From positions 3,930,001 through 3,962,000 of the forward strand of contig NZ_LT934425.1 of NCBI RefSeq assembly GCF_900232105.1: a DNA stretch of 32,000 bases, in the 5' to 3' direction. The position numbers and the translations under genes were made by a program. Numbering within the stretch: the first letter of the stretch is position 1; each line of letters starts with the position of its first letter. Shown piece after piece: positions 9,257 to 18,204 of the stretch. The notes beneath the pieces were generated by a model. The model did no database searches. It was given only the letters and a program-made list of their open reading frames with translations, and was not told the DNA's origin. Source of the DNA: Candidatus Kuenenia stuttgartensis (lineage in GTDB: Bacteria; Planctomycetota; Brocadiia; Brocadiales; Brocadiaceae).

Positions 9257-10468
9257 ATGACAAAGGTCGTTATTACTGGATTAGGATTGGTCACTCCGGT
9301 TGGAACCGGTTTAAAAAAAAGCTGGGAATCTTTTGCACAAGGGCGTGATGGGGCTTGTGAAATGAAATCATTTGACACCTCCTTGTACAAGGTACACAGG
9401 TCGTGCGAGGTAAAGGATTTCTTCCTCGATGTCGAACTGGAAAACCAGATCAGCGAAAATACCCTTCACAAGTATGTTTATTATGCGGCAAGAGAGGCAT
9501 TGCTGGAAAGCGGATTACATGGAGATAAGAAATCGGGTAGAGAACGGTTTGGTATTGCCATAGGAACGCTTGCTGCAGAGCTGACCCCTTTTGAGCGACT
9601 TTTAAGAAAAAACACTTCTTTAAAAAATAATGGATTCGACCACAAAGTAGCTGCGGTATACCCCCCCAATTCTATCACGAAGATGCTGGCAAATTATTTC
9701 AACTTTGAAGGGCAGTCAATGATATCCCTTAATGCCTGCTCTTCCGGGAATCATGCCATTGCCTGGGCGTATGACCGTCTGATTGACAATAAGCTTGATG
9801 TGGTAATGGTGGGAGGAGCCGATATGATTCCTCAAACGGAATTTACCCACTTTCATAATCTTAAGGCATTAACGCCTGATAAATGCCAGCCTTTTGACAA
9901 GAATCGTAAGGGGCTTATGATTGGAGAGGGCGCTGGTATATTGATTATGGAACGTTATGAATATGCAAAAAATCGCGGCGCTGCAATTATTGCCGAAATG
10001 GCGGGATATGGGCTGAGTTGCGACGGGTTTCACATGACTGCCCCGCATCCGGAAGGGGATGGGGCGGTAAAATCCATGAGTGATGCGCTTAAAATGGCGA
10101 GAATGAATCCGGAGGATATCGGATATATTAACGCTCACGGAACTGGTACGCCACATAATGATAGAACGGAGACTATTGCGATAAAAAGAGTTTTCGGTGA
10201 GCATGCTTACAAAATTCCGTGTAGTTCCACGAAGTCCATGATAGGACACCTCATGGGCGCCGCAAGCGCCGTGGAGTCTGTAATATGTTGTTTAGTATTG
10301 AGGCATGGTATAATTCCTCCAACAATCAATTACGAGACCCCTGACCCGGAATGCAATCTGGATGTAACGCCAAACAATGCCCGCGAGGCAAATGTATCCT
10401 GTATTGTTAATAATTCATTTGCCTTCGGGGGCAATAATGCAACTACTATTTTTAGAAAATTAGAGTAA
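9257..10468 (+). CDS. fabF: Beta-ketoacyl-ACP synthase II family protein, catalytic residues intact
   Basis: Cys in NACSSG, His in NAHGTGTPHND, and Lys/His in STKSMIGHLMGAA. Confidence 0.93.
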   Translation: MTKVVITGLGLVTPVGTGLKKSWESFAQGRDGACEMKSFDTSLYKVHRSCEVKDFFLDVELENQISENTLHKYVYYAAREALLESGLHGDKKSGRERFGIAIGTLAAELTPFERLLRKNTSLKNNGFDHKVAAVYPPNSITKMLANYFNFEGQSMISLNACSSGNHAIAWAYDRLIDNKLDVVMVGGADMIPQTEFTHFHNLKALTPDKCQPFDKNRKGLMIGEGAGILIMERYEYAKNRGAAIIAEMAGYGLSCDGFHMTAPHPEGDGAVKSMSDALKMARMNPEDIGYINAHGTGTPHNDRTETIAIKRVFGEHAYKIPCSSTKSMIGHLMGAASAVESVICCLVLRHGIIPPTINYETPDPECNLDVTPNNAREANVSCIVNNSFAFGGNNATTIFRKLE

Positions 10469-10486
10469 TTAACCAATAATAAGGGC

Positions 10487-11722
10487 ATGAAAAAAAGGGT
10501 AGTGATAACAGGATTGGGGGCGGTATCGCCCCTTGGAAATACGAAAGAAGAATTCTGGAATGGACTTGTAGAAGGGAAATCAGGCATTGCCCCGATGACT
10601 TCACTTGATTTATCCTGTTATAAGTCCAAATTAGGCGGGGAAGTACGCGATCTCCTGCCGGAAATCCATTTGGGGAAAAAGGGGCTGCGTTATTTGAATA
10701 AAGGCACATACTTTCTCGGTTCTGCCGCTAAAATGGCACTTGATGATTCAAAATTACCTCAGGATGGTTCTCTGGAAGATACGATTGGCATTATTATCGG
10801 GTCATCTCTGGGAAATTTTTCTGAAACTACAGATTATTTTTATGAAATAATACGGAATAACCCGTCAGAATTGTCCCCTATGTGCAGTTACGATGTGGCA
10901 TTAAACTCTTCTGTCAATTATGTGTCCGTTCTCTTTAAAGCAAAAGGGCCCGTTCGTACTATTTCTGCAGGATTTACGTCAAGCATCGATGCCATAGAAG
11001 ATGCATACCGAATGATACGGAATGATAGGGCAAAAGTTATGATAACCGGTGGTGTTGAGCAGATTTCCATTGATTTGTATTTGATATTTTACCTCAGAAA
11101 ATATCTTTCCGGTATCAATGGGGGGCAGGAAATTAGCGCTCCCTTCGATGCAAAACGAAACGGATTCATTATGGCAGAGGGTAGCTATGTAATCATCCTT
11201 GAAGAGCTTCAGCACGCATTGGAAAGGGGCGCCTCCATTTATGGTGAAATAAAAGGATTTGGGAATACCTATGTGGGTGCAAAAAATTATTCTCTCCTTG
11301 AAAGAGTAAGCAGTGTTGAAAAAGCCATGCAGGAAGCATTACAGCGAGCGGGGATAAAGAAGGAAGATTTAGATTGCATGAGCGTAAATGCGAATGGATG
11401 CAAAATACAGGACCCCATAGAGGCAAACGCCATACAATTTCTGTATGGTGAGGACGTAAAACATATCCCTATATCTGCAATAAAATCAAACGTGGGAGAG
11501 TCTTACGGTACGGCAGGCGCCGCACAACTAGTTTCAACGGCTATGTCTATTAATAACGGCGTTATACCCCACATCATCAATCACCAGGGAAAAGAGCCGG
11601 AAAATAACCTCAACCTCGTCCTCGGTAAACCACTTCGCAAACAAACCAACCATGCAATGATTAACAACATGGATTTTGAAGGTAATAATTCTTGTCTGGT
11701 CGTGAGCCGCTTCACTCAATAA
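10487..11722 (+). CDS. Ketosynthase-like protein lacking the catalytic triad (KS-beta/chain-length-factor-like)
   Basis: KS fold motifs (VITGLGAVSPLGN, GIIIGSSLGN, MITGGVEQIS). Cys replaced by Phe (SAGFTSS, codon 163), His by Asn (NANGCKI, codon 303), His by Glu (KSNVGES, codon 338). Confidence 0.88.
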   Translation: MKKRVVITGLGAVSPLGNTKEEFWNGLVEGKSGIAPMTSLDLSCYKSKLGGEVRDLLPEIHLGKKGLRYLNKGTYFLGSAAKMALDDSKLPQDGSLEDTIGIIIGSSLGNFSETTDYFYEIIRNNPSELSPMCSYDVALNSSVNYVSVLFKAKGPVRTISAGFTSSIDAIEDAYRMIRNDRAKVMITGGVEQISIDLYLIFYLRKYLSGINGGQEISAPFDAKRNGFIMAEGSYVIILEELQHALERGASIYGEIKGFGNTYVGAKNYSLLERVSSVEKAMQEALQRAGIKKEDLDCMSVNANGCKIQDPIEANAIQFLYGEDVKHIPISAIKSNVGESYGTAGAAQLVSTAMSINNGVIPHIINHQGKEPENNLNLVLGKPLRKQTNHAMINNMDFEGNNSCLVVSRFTQ

Positions 11723-11753
11723 AACACTGGAGAATGGCGATTATTATTAAATA

Positions 11754-11809
11754 GGGACACATCCCATTTAACCTACTATACAACTATTAAGTAATTGGGA
11801 TGTGTTCCC
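11754..11809. repeat. Inverted repeat GGGACACATCCCA ... TGGGATGTGTtCCC between convergent genes
   Basis: Arms at 11754-11766 and 11796-11809 pair except for one inserted T. The right arm lies in the C-terminal codons of the minus-strand ORF. Confidence 0.7.
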
Positions 11810-12134
11810 ATTTTCCCCCAGTTATCTTGAGGTAATTCAATATCTGGCCGCGTTCAATATCGGTGATTTTCTTGATGGTTTTGGTATCCACAACTATCTG
11901 ATCGAAAACAATAAGGTCGGGAATGTATTTCCCCATCTTCACCGATTTATAGATCACATCAAAACGCGGTTGCTGGTTAACGGGAATCCCCCGTGGTCCT
12001 AACTCTACGACCAAAGCATTCTCGTATGGCTTTTCCAACAAACCATGTCCAAACGTATTCAGCACTTCCATAGCATCGCCAACTACCTGAAATACTTCCT
12101 CCTTCAGTATCAGACTACACATTGCGTCAGTCAT
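11787..12134 (-). CDS. GxxExxY family protein with an altered or truncated C-terminus
   Basis: FGHGLLEKPYENALVVEL, YIPDLIVFDQIVVDTKTI and QILNYLKITGG. The last residues KWEHIPIT come from the adjacent inverted repeat rather than the usual family C-terminus. Confidence 0.75.
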   Translation of the reverse strand: MTDAMCSLILKEEVFQVVGDAMEVLNTFGHGLLEKPYENALVVELGPRGIPVNQQPRFDVIYKSVKMGKYIPDLIVFDQIVVDTKTIKKITDIERGQILNYLKITGGKWEHIPIT

Positions 12135-12141
12135 TGGCGTC

Positions 12142-12571
12142 CTATGCTGGAAGAATTTTACGTTCGTGAGCTATTTCAAAACCATCAGGGACCGGCTTGA
12201 ACAGTTTATCTGGCGAACGGTGACTGCTTTGGAAAGTGCGCAGTGTCTGAATGTCGATTGCGCCGGTTACGAAATAATCCTCTACTCCACCTTTTACTCG
12301 TACAATGTCGCGCATCCAGCTGTCCTTATGCGGAGCGCGGATTCGGCTATCGCCGTATTGGCGATCATTACACTGGATGATGTAGGAATGAATATCCAAA
12401 GCGGCAGACTCCACCAGAGCGTTGAAAGATTCCGTGTCCTGATTCCATTCAAGCACAAACAGGGCGTCCACTTTTCCGCGCAAGGCACTGCGGTAAGCGA
12501 TATTTGTCAGCTCGCTACAGACAAGTAGCGCAAATTGAAAGTCGCCATGGTTGATGAGCGGTGGTGATGCC
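12142..12571 (-). pseudogene. C-terminal fragment of nitrilase-like domain, RT-nitrilase (DRT type 1/UG1-like) protein
   Basis: PPLINHGDFQFALLVCSELTNIAYRSALRGKVDALFVLEWNQDTESFNALVESAALDIHSYIIQCNDRQYGDSRIRAP...FKPVPDGFEIAHERKILPA. The reading frame is continuous with 13958-14760 once the IS and one TSD copy are removed. Confidence 0.65.
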
Positions 12572-13957
12572 CCATAAGCGCTAACTTGTTTTATTGACAA
12601 ATTTTATTCATCATGGTATTTTTATGTTAATTATCCCGCTAATCACTCTATAGGAGGATAAAGCCATGATGAGAGAAGATTGGGATCTTCTAAGAACTTT
12701 CTTCCCAAACGATTGGAAAAGTTTAGCCGTTGATACAAATGCTTTAAAAGGCTTGCGCAAGGATAAATCTGAAGAAAAGCTTCTTCGAACATTATTAATT
12801 CATTTAGGATGTGGCTATTCATTGCGTGAAACAGTAGTTCGAGCCAAGCGTGCTAACTTAGCAGATTTATCCGATGTTGCCTTATTAAAGCGATTAAAAA
12901 AGAGCAAAGAATGGCTATATAAATTATGTTTATCTTTATTCCGTGAGCGTGGCCTCCAAATTAATAAACGGAATAATTTTCATCTTCGCTTATTTGATGC
13001 AACAACAGTAAAGGAACCTGGGAAAACAGGAAGTCTTTGGCGCATTCATTATAGTATTGAGGTTCCTTCATTATCTTGCGATTTCTTTAAACTTACGGGA
13101 ACTGAAGGAGAAGGCACAGGAGAATCTTTTCGGCAGTTTCCGATGAAAAAAGATGATTATATTATAGCTGACAGAGGTTACTGTACTGGCCAAGGAATTC
13201 ATCATGCAACAAGGAAAGGCGCTTATCTTAGCGTTAGAGTTAATTCGCAATCTCTACGGATATTCGGCGAAGAAAAGAAACCCTTTCCTTTATTGAAAGA
13301 AATCCAATATTTAAAAAGACCCCTTGCTATAAAATCATGGAACGTTTTTATTCCAAACGTTGATAATACTGAATATGTCAAAGGTCGTCTTTGTATAATA
13401 CACAAAACAGAAGAAGCCATTAAAATAGCTCATAAAAAACTTAAAAGACATGCAAGCAAAAAGGGCATTGAACTAAAACCGGAGACCCTTATTTATGCCA
13501 AGTACGTAATAGTATTCACAACGTTTCCTGAAAATCAATTTACCGCTTTTGATATCTTAGAATGGTATCGAGTTCGATGGCAAATTGAACTGGTCTTTAA
13601 AAGATTTAAACAAATAGCACAATTTGGACACTTACCTAAATACGATGATGATAGCTCAAAAGCTTGGCTTTATGGCAAACTATTCGTTGCTCTTTTGACA
13701 GAAAAACTAATAGATTTTGCTACGTCTTTTTCCCCCTGGGGATACTTCATTGTCAAGCAAGAAGACTAAAAGCAAATGGCGTGAATTTGCTTTTATGCTT
13801 AATCAAGTAAAACGGGCTATAGAACCAGCGTTATCATTACAGGAAGTTCTTAAGTGCTGGAATGACATTGCTTGTTCTTTAGCAGAAAATACAAGAATCC
13901 GAAAAACACAGATATCAAAATACTTCGAGCGCACCTAAAACAAGTTAGCGCTTATGG
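12572..13957 (+). mobile_element. Complete insertion sequence, IS4-family-like, 1386 bp
   Basis: 22-bp perfect terminal IRs CCATAAGCGCTAACTTGTTTTA / TAAAACAAGTTAGCGCTTATGG. 9-bp TSD GGTGATGCC at 12563-12571 and 13958-13966. Confidence 0.93.
12666..13769 (+). CDS. DDE transposase, IS4-family-like (DDE_Tnp_1-type)
   Basis: LFDATTVKEPG (D), YIIADRGYCTG (D) and YRVRWQIELVFKRFKQ (Y-R-E/K signature). Lies between the IRs. Confidence 0.9.
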   Translation: MMREDWDLLRTFFPNDWKSLAVDTNALKGLRKDKSEEKLLRTLLIHLGCGYSLRETVVRAKRANLADLSDVALLKRLKKSKEWLYKLCLSLFRERGLQINKRNNFHLRLFDATTVKEPGKTGSLWRIHYSIEVPSLSCDFFKLTGTEGEGTGESFRQFPMKKDDYIIADRGYCTGQGIHHATRKGAYLSVRVNSQSLRIFGEEKKPFPLLKEIQYLKRPLAIKSWNVFIPNVDNTEYVKGRLCIIHKTEEAIKIAHKKLKRHASKKGIELKPETLIYAKYVIVFTTFPENQFTAFDILEWYRVRWQIELVFKRFKQIAQFGHLPKYDDDSSKAWLYGKLFVALLTEKLIDFATSFSPWGYFIVKQED

Positions 13958-14760
13958 GGTGATGCCCACGGCTTTAGTTGAGGTCGAAGGGTTTTGCCGC
14001 TGACGCGATGCAATTCCTGTTCTTCGTGCAAAGCCGGATGCTGTTTGTCCTGCCGGTAAATCATGGTTGTTGGAAAACCGAACGCATCGTGTAACAGCGC
14101 CGCCCAAACCTGATTATGCACAGTGTTTTTCGGTGCATGCAGATATTCGATGCCACAAATAAGCGAAATCCTCTTGCCTTGCAGTTTGCGCACTATGGCG
14201 AGGAACCAGTGTATTGGTATGGAAAGTTCCGACAGAATGAGATAATCGAGGCGTTTTCGACATTGGATGACACTGTTCAGCAAATGATTGAGGCGATCTA
14301 AACGCGGAACGTCAGGATCGGGATGGCGACTGGCAGAGGCGATCCAGCTTTTTATATCCGTCTTCCAACTGGTTATCGCGATGAGTATGGGGTTTTGAGA
14401 CCGTTCGCCATAAGGTATTTCTATCGGATACCCCGGCTTGGAGTTTTTGAAGATTGGCAAGTTGCCTTCTGGCCTAAATCCACGCAGCGCCAGCAGGCAG
14501 TCTGCTATTTCGGTGGAGCCTTCTTTTGAAAAGGGATCGGCATGTAGGATGTAGATGTCATGAATGCCTAAGGGCCTGGTCGGAAACAAGAGACCAGACG
14601 AGGTTTTCTCCGTGCTGGGCACTTTTGCCAGCCGCATGACAATGTGATATCCTTTAAGAATCGTATTCCCTAGCAAAGCTGAAACACCTGAACTATCAAA
14701 ATTGCCGAGTTCTTTTCGGGCTATCGGGGAACGCGTCAGGCCGGACAATGCGGGTTGCTA
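13958..14760 (-). pseudogene. 5'-truncated upstream half of the RT-nitrilase-like protein (linker and N-terminal nitrilase-like region)
   Basis: ILIAITSWKTDIKSWIASA...LDYLILSELSIPIHWFLAIVRKLQGKRISLICGIEYLHA...NQVWAALLHDAFGFPTTMIYRQDKQHPALHEEQELHRV. An in-frame stop (minus-strand TAG, bases 14758-14760) and no RT motifs upstream. Confidence 0.65.
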
Positions 14761-14791
14761 CGTCTTAGAATAAATGCTCCAAAAATGCCCA

Positions 14792-14818
14792 ATTAGTCTC
14801 AGAATATTTGAGTCTAAT
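14792..14818. repeat. Imperfect hairpin ATTAGTCTCA ... TGAGTCTAAT
   Basis: Arms match 9/10, 7-nt loop. Confidence 0.55.
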
Positions 14819-14979
14819 ACCCAGCAAATGATTTGAAAAATCTTACCCAGCTACCCCGCCTTTTTTTTATCCTGCGTAAGTATTTCACTTGATTTTTTGT
14901 TCACGTTAAGAAAAATACATCGTTTACCCCGTTAGAAAGAAGTTCCGTCCGTAAGGCGGAGTAAAGCCTCATTAAATAG

Positions 14980-15007
14980 TTTGGAAGAGGTTAAAACCAC
15001 TTCCAAA
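14980..15007. promoter_or_regulatory. Hairpin TTTGGAAGaGGTT-AA-AACCaCTTCCAAA
   Basis: 12 paired positions with a single internal mismatch, upstream of the transposition operon. Confidence 0.55.
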
Positions 15008-15090
15008 CTTCCTAACGGCGGTTTACTTCCCAGTTCCCCGTTTTCACGAGGACAAGTTTTGTAAGATTTTTCCGGAACATAAAAAACTCA

Positions 15091-15132
15091 GGGCAGGAGG
15101 ACCGAACGTTGGGAAACTTCATCCTCCTGCCC
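15091..15132. promoter_or_regulatory. Leader hairpin GGGCAGGAGGA ... TCCTCCTGCCC
   Basis: Perfect 11-bp arms at 15091-15101 and 15122-15132, about 30 nt before the first ORF of the operon. Confidence 0.6.
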
Positions 15133-15161
15133 ATTTCCCCCCTATACAAAGGAGGCAGTGC

Positions 15162-15800
15162 GTGAATATTATAGAAAAAATCCACAAGCATGAAAAGCTT
15201 ATTGCGACAAAACAGAAGCCATGCTTTTGTCCAAAGTGCAAGAGTACCCATGTCAATTTCACCCTTCATGAATGCAGATATCGGTTGTTTCACGTTATTA
15301 TCGACTCCCTTGTTCATACGATAGAATCTTTCCTGGGACGTTGGAAATGTTCCTTGTGCAAGAAGACGTTTACTTCCTATCCTGAGTATGCGCTCCCTTA
15401 CAAGCGGTACGTAAAGGATCACTGTCTCTCCTTCAGTCAGGCTTATGTCAAAGATGATACAGAAACCTACCGGAGTGTCTCCTCTGCCATCGGATATACT
15501 ACCCGAACACAGGAAATAGACAACCGCATGCTTGCCTGGTCAACCGTTTGGAGGTGGCTGCGTTTCTTTGGCTCACTGAAATACACACTCCGCAACGCCT
15601 TTGACCTCATCAGGCAGGCCGACCCCAACTCTCCGGTTTTTCGCCAAATGTTTCCCATTTACCACGGAAAGTATAAAAGCAAACAACGAAAAACCTCCCT
15701 CGATCAATCGATTCAATTGTTCAGCGCCGAGCCGGAATATCACCGAATTTTTGGGCATTCATTTTTCCCCGAACTGGCAACAAAAAGCGGCTGGTCTTGA
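15162..15800 (+). CDS. Zinc-ribbon protein (DUF6431-like), first gene of transposition module
   Basis: CFCPKCKSTHVNF ... WKCSLCKKTFTSYP, two CxxC pairs. Co-directional with the transposase genes. Confidence 0.6.
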   Translation: MNIIEKIHKHEKLIATKQKPCFCPKCKSTHVNFTLHECRYRLFHVIIDSLVHTIESFLGRWKCSLCKKTFTSYPEYALPYKRYVKDHCLSFSQAYVKDDTETYRSVSSAIGYTTRTQEIDNRMLAWSTVWRWLRFFGSLKYTLRNAFDLIRQADPNSPVFRQMFPIYHGKYKSKQRKTSLDQSIQLFSAEPEYHRIFGHSFFPELATKSGWS

Positions 15801-15838
15801 GTTACAATCACCTCCACACTTAAAAAAGGAGGTGAATT

Positions 15839-17399
15839 ATGAAATCGAAAGACGAAAAATGGGCTTTATTCTGGTGCAATCTTCTGCATCCTGTCATCTT
15901 CGGTGAGATTGAGAAGGAGCAGACCAACCTTTTTCTGAAAAAACTCTGCCTTCAGGAGGTCGTATTCCCCAACGGAAAGCGGAAAAGACCCACTATCTCT
16001 ACCCTCAGGAGAAAACTCAACCGCTACCGCAAAGATGGATTTCAATCTCTTGCAAGAAAGGCGAGGAGCGACCGTGGCGCATCCAGAAGGTTTTCTCCTG
16101 AAATTATCGACAAAGCCGTTGAACTCAAAAAAGAACAACCACGCCGCAGCGACGATTGCCTCAACCGCTTTCTTGAGAAATACTATGGGAAAACGATCCC
16201 CAAATCCACCCTCTACCGCCATCTCAGACTCGCAGGGGCGACCCGGCTCAAACTCGGCGTCTCACAGCAAAAGGTGCGTATACGCTCTTAGCCGTGAGCA
16301 TACCCACGACCTCTGGATTGGCGACTTCCAGGAAGGCCCTTTCGTGCTCGTTGACGGCGAGGCGCTTCCCACAAACCTCTGTCTCTTTATCGACTGCTAC
16401 AGCCGTTATGTGGTCGAAGGACGGTATTATCTCAAACAAACCCTCGATATCCTTATCGATTCTCTCATCAGGGCCTGGACTATCCACGGCTCGCCCAAAG
16501 AACTCTACCTCGACAATGCCAAGGTCTACCACTCTGACGCCCTGCGCTCTGCCTGTTACAACCTCGGCATTAAACTCATCCACAGACCACCACGCGACCC
16601 TGCTCCCGGCGGACTGGTCGAACGTTTCTTCGGCACCAGCCAGACACAGTTCGAGTCGGAAGTCCGCTCCGGCGACATTATCACCCTTGATGCCATTAAC
16701 CAGGCCTTCTCCGCTTACCTTGCCGTTGTCTATCACGCAAGAATCCACTCCGAAACCAATCAATCTCCAAAACAACGCTACGACGAGGGGCTTACCGTCA
16801 TCCGACACGTCGATATGGACGCCGCTCTTGCCTTCTTCATGAAACGCATCCCCAGAACCGTTGACAGAACCTTTGCCGATGTCCGCATTGATAACCGCTT
16901 TTACCGTGTTGACCCCAAACTCAGAGGCGATAAAGTAGAAGTCCGTTACGACCCATACGGCGATCTCAAAAAGGTCTTGATCTATTCCGCAAACGGTGAA
17001 TACCTCGGCTCGGGAAATCTCTACCTGCGCGACCAGGGCGCTGAAACTCCAGCCGCCTCACCTTCAAAACCAAAACATAATTACCTCGACCTTATCACTC
17101 AGAAACACAAATCCATTCTCCAGGCTCAGGCCAAAGGCATTGATTACCACCAAATCATCTCCGAACGACCCTGGCCATTCATGGCATTCGTCCAGAAACT
17201 CGCACTCCTCATGGGACACAAAGGCTCTCTCTCCGCCTTCAGCTCTCATGAACTCGAATCGCTTAAAAAATGCTACAACCGTATCCCCGCTCTCAACGAA
17301 TCATTGCTCACGGAGGCATTCCAAAATGCCTCCGTGAAAACCTTACCCTATATCATTCGTGAATTACAAATCGCTTACTCGAAAAAGGAGGTCTCTTAA
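15839..17399 (+). CDS. Mu/Tn552/IS481-like DDE transposase, in two frames (frameshift near 16286-16292)
   Basis: Frame A (15839-16291): HTH protein RPTISTLRRKLNRYRKDG...STLYRHLRLAGATRLKLGVSQQKVR. Frame B, about 16287-17399: SREHTHDLWIGDFQEGP...LFIDCYSRYVV...KELYLDNAKVYHS...GLVERFFGT (D, D, E). RBS aaaggaggtgaatt before 15839. Confidence 0.85.
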
Positions 17400-17401
17400 C
17401 C

Positions 17402-18193
17402 ATGTTTACTTCTCATTTTTCCATGACTACTCAGCCGTTCTCTGAAAGAATCAACACCAGCCTTATCATGAAAGACGAACGCTTTACCCAGGGGCTTGCA
17501 CGACTCCAATACCTCTTACACTCAGGCTCTATCGCCGTCCTCTACGGACAGACGGGAGTCGGAAAATCCACACTCCTCAAACTCTTCCTCTCACAAATCC
17601 CCCAAAACCTGTTTCTCCCCATCTACCTCCATTTTACCCACCTAAAATCATCCAGCCTTCTCTCCTTAATCGTCTCCCAGCTCGGTGAAATACCAAAACA
17701 CACCAAAGACCGGCTCTTCCTCCAAATTATGGATAAATCCTTGCGCTCAAATCTCACTCCCATTATCGTTATCGACGAGGCTCATCTCCTGAAAACCGAC
17801 GCCATCACAGACCTCAGACTCCTTGTCAGCTCTCCGCTTGATTCTTCCACTCATCTCAAAATCATCCTCTCGGGACAGGAACACCTCAAATATATCCTCA
17901 AAAGAGACATCCATGCCGACTTCGCACAACGCATCTCGGTACATTACCACATTCATCCCCTTACTAAAACTCAAACCGCTGCATACATAGACTTCCATCT
18001 GAAATCTTCCGGCGCATCCGATAAAATCTTTGACTCAGACGTCAAAGACCTGATCCATGAGTTCTCCGCCGGCATCCCAAGGCAAATCAACGCCATTTCC
18101 ACCGCCTGCCTGATTAACGCTTCCATCAGACAATCACAGAAAATTACCCAGGATATCTTCCATCAGGCTCTTGCTGAAATTCAATCTTTTTAA
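17402..18193 (+). CDS. AAA ATPase, ExeA/TniB/TnsC-like transposition helper
   Basis: Walker A YGQTGVGKSTLL, Walker B PIIVIDEAHLL, and a C-terminal INAISTACLINA segment typical of ExeA-like ATPases. Confidence 0.88.
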   Translation: MFTSHFSMTTQPFSERINTSLIMKDERFTQGLARLQYLLHSGSIAVLYGQTGVGKSTLLKLFLSQIPQNLFLPIYLHFTHLKSSSLLSLIVSQLGEIPKHTKDRLFLQIMDKSLRSNLTPIIVIDEAHLLKTDAITDLRLLVSSPLDSSTHLKIILSGQEHLKYILKRDIHADFAQRISVHYHIHPLTKTQTAAYIDFHLKSSGASDKIFDSDVKDLIHEFSAGIPRQINAISTACLINASIRQSQKITQDIFHQALAEIQSF

Positions 18194-18204
18194 GGAGGTC
18201 TACC

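Noticed and set aside
12166-12528. Plus-strand 120-aa ORF
   Set aside because: Antisense to the well-conserved nitrilase-like fragment (SELTN...EWNQD).
16248-16842. Overlapping ORFs on both strands (186 aa minus, 182 aa plus)
   Set aside because: Both lie inside the catalytic domain of the DDE transposase, whose frame has the D-D-E motifs.
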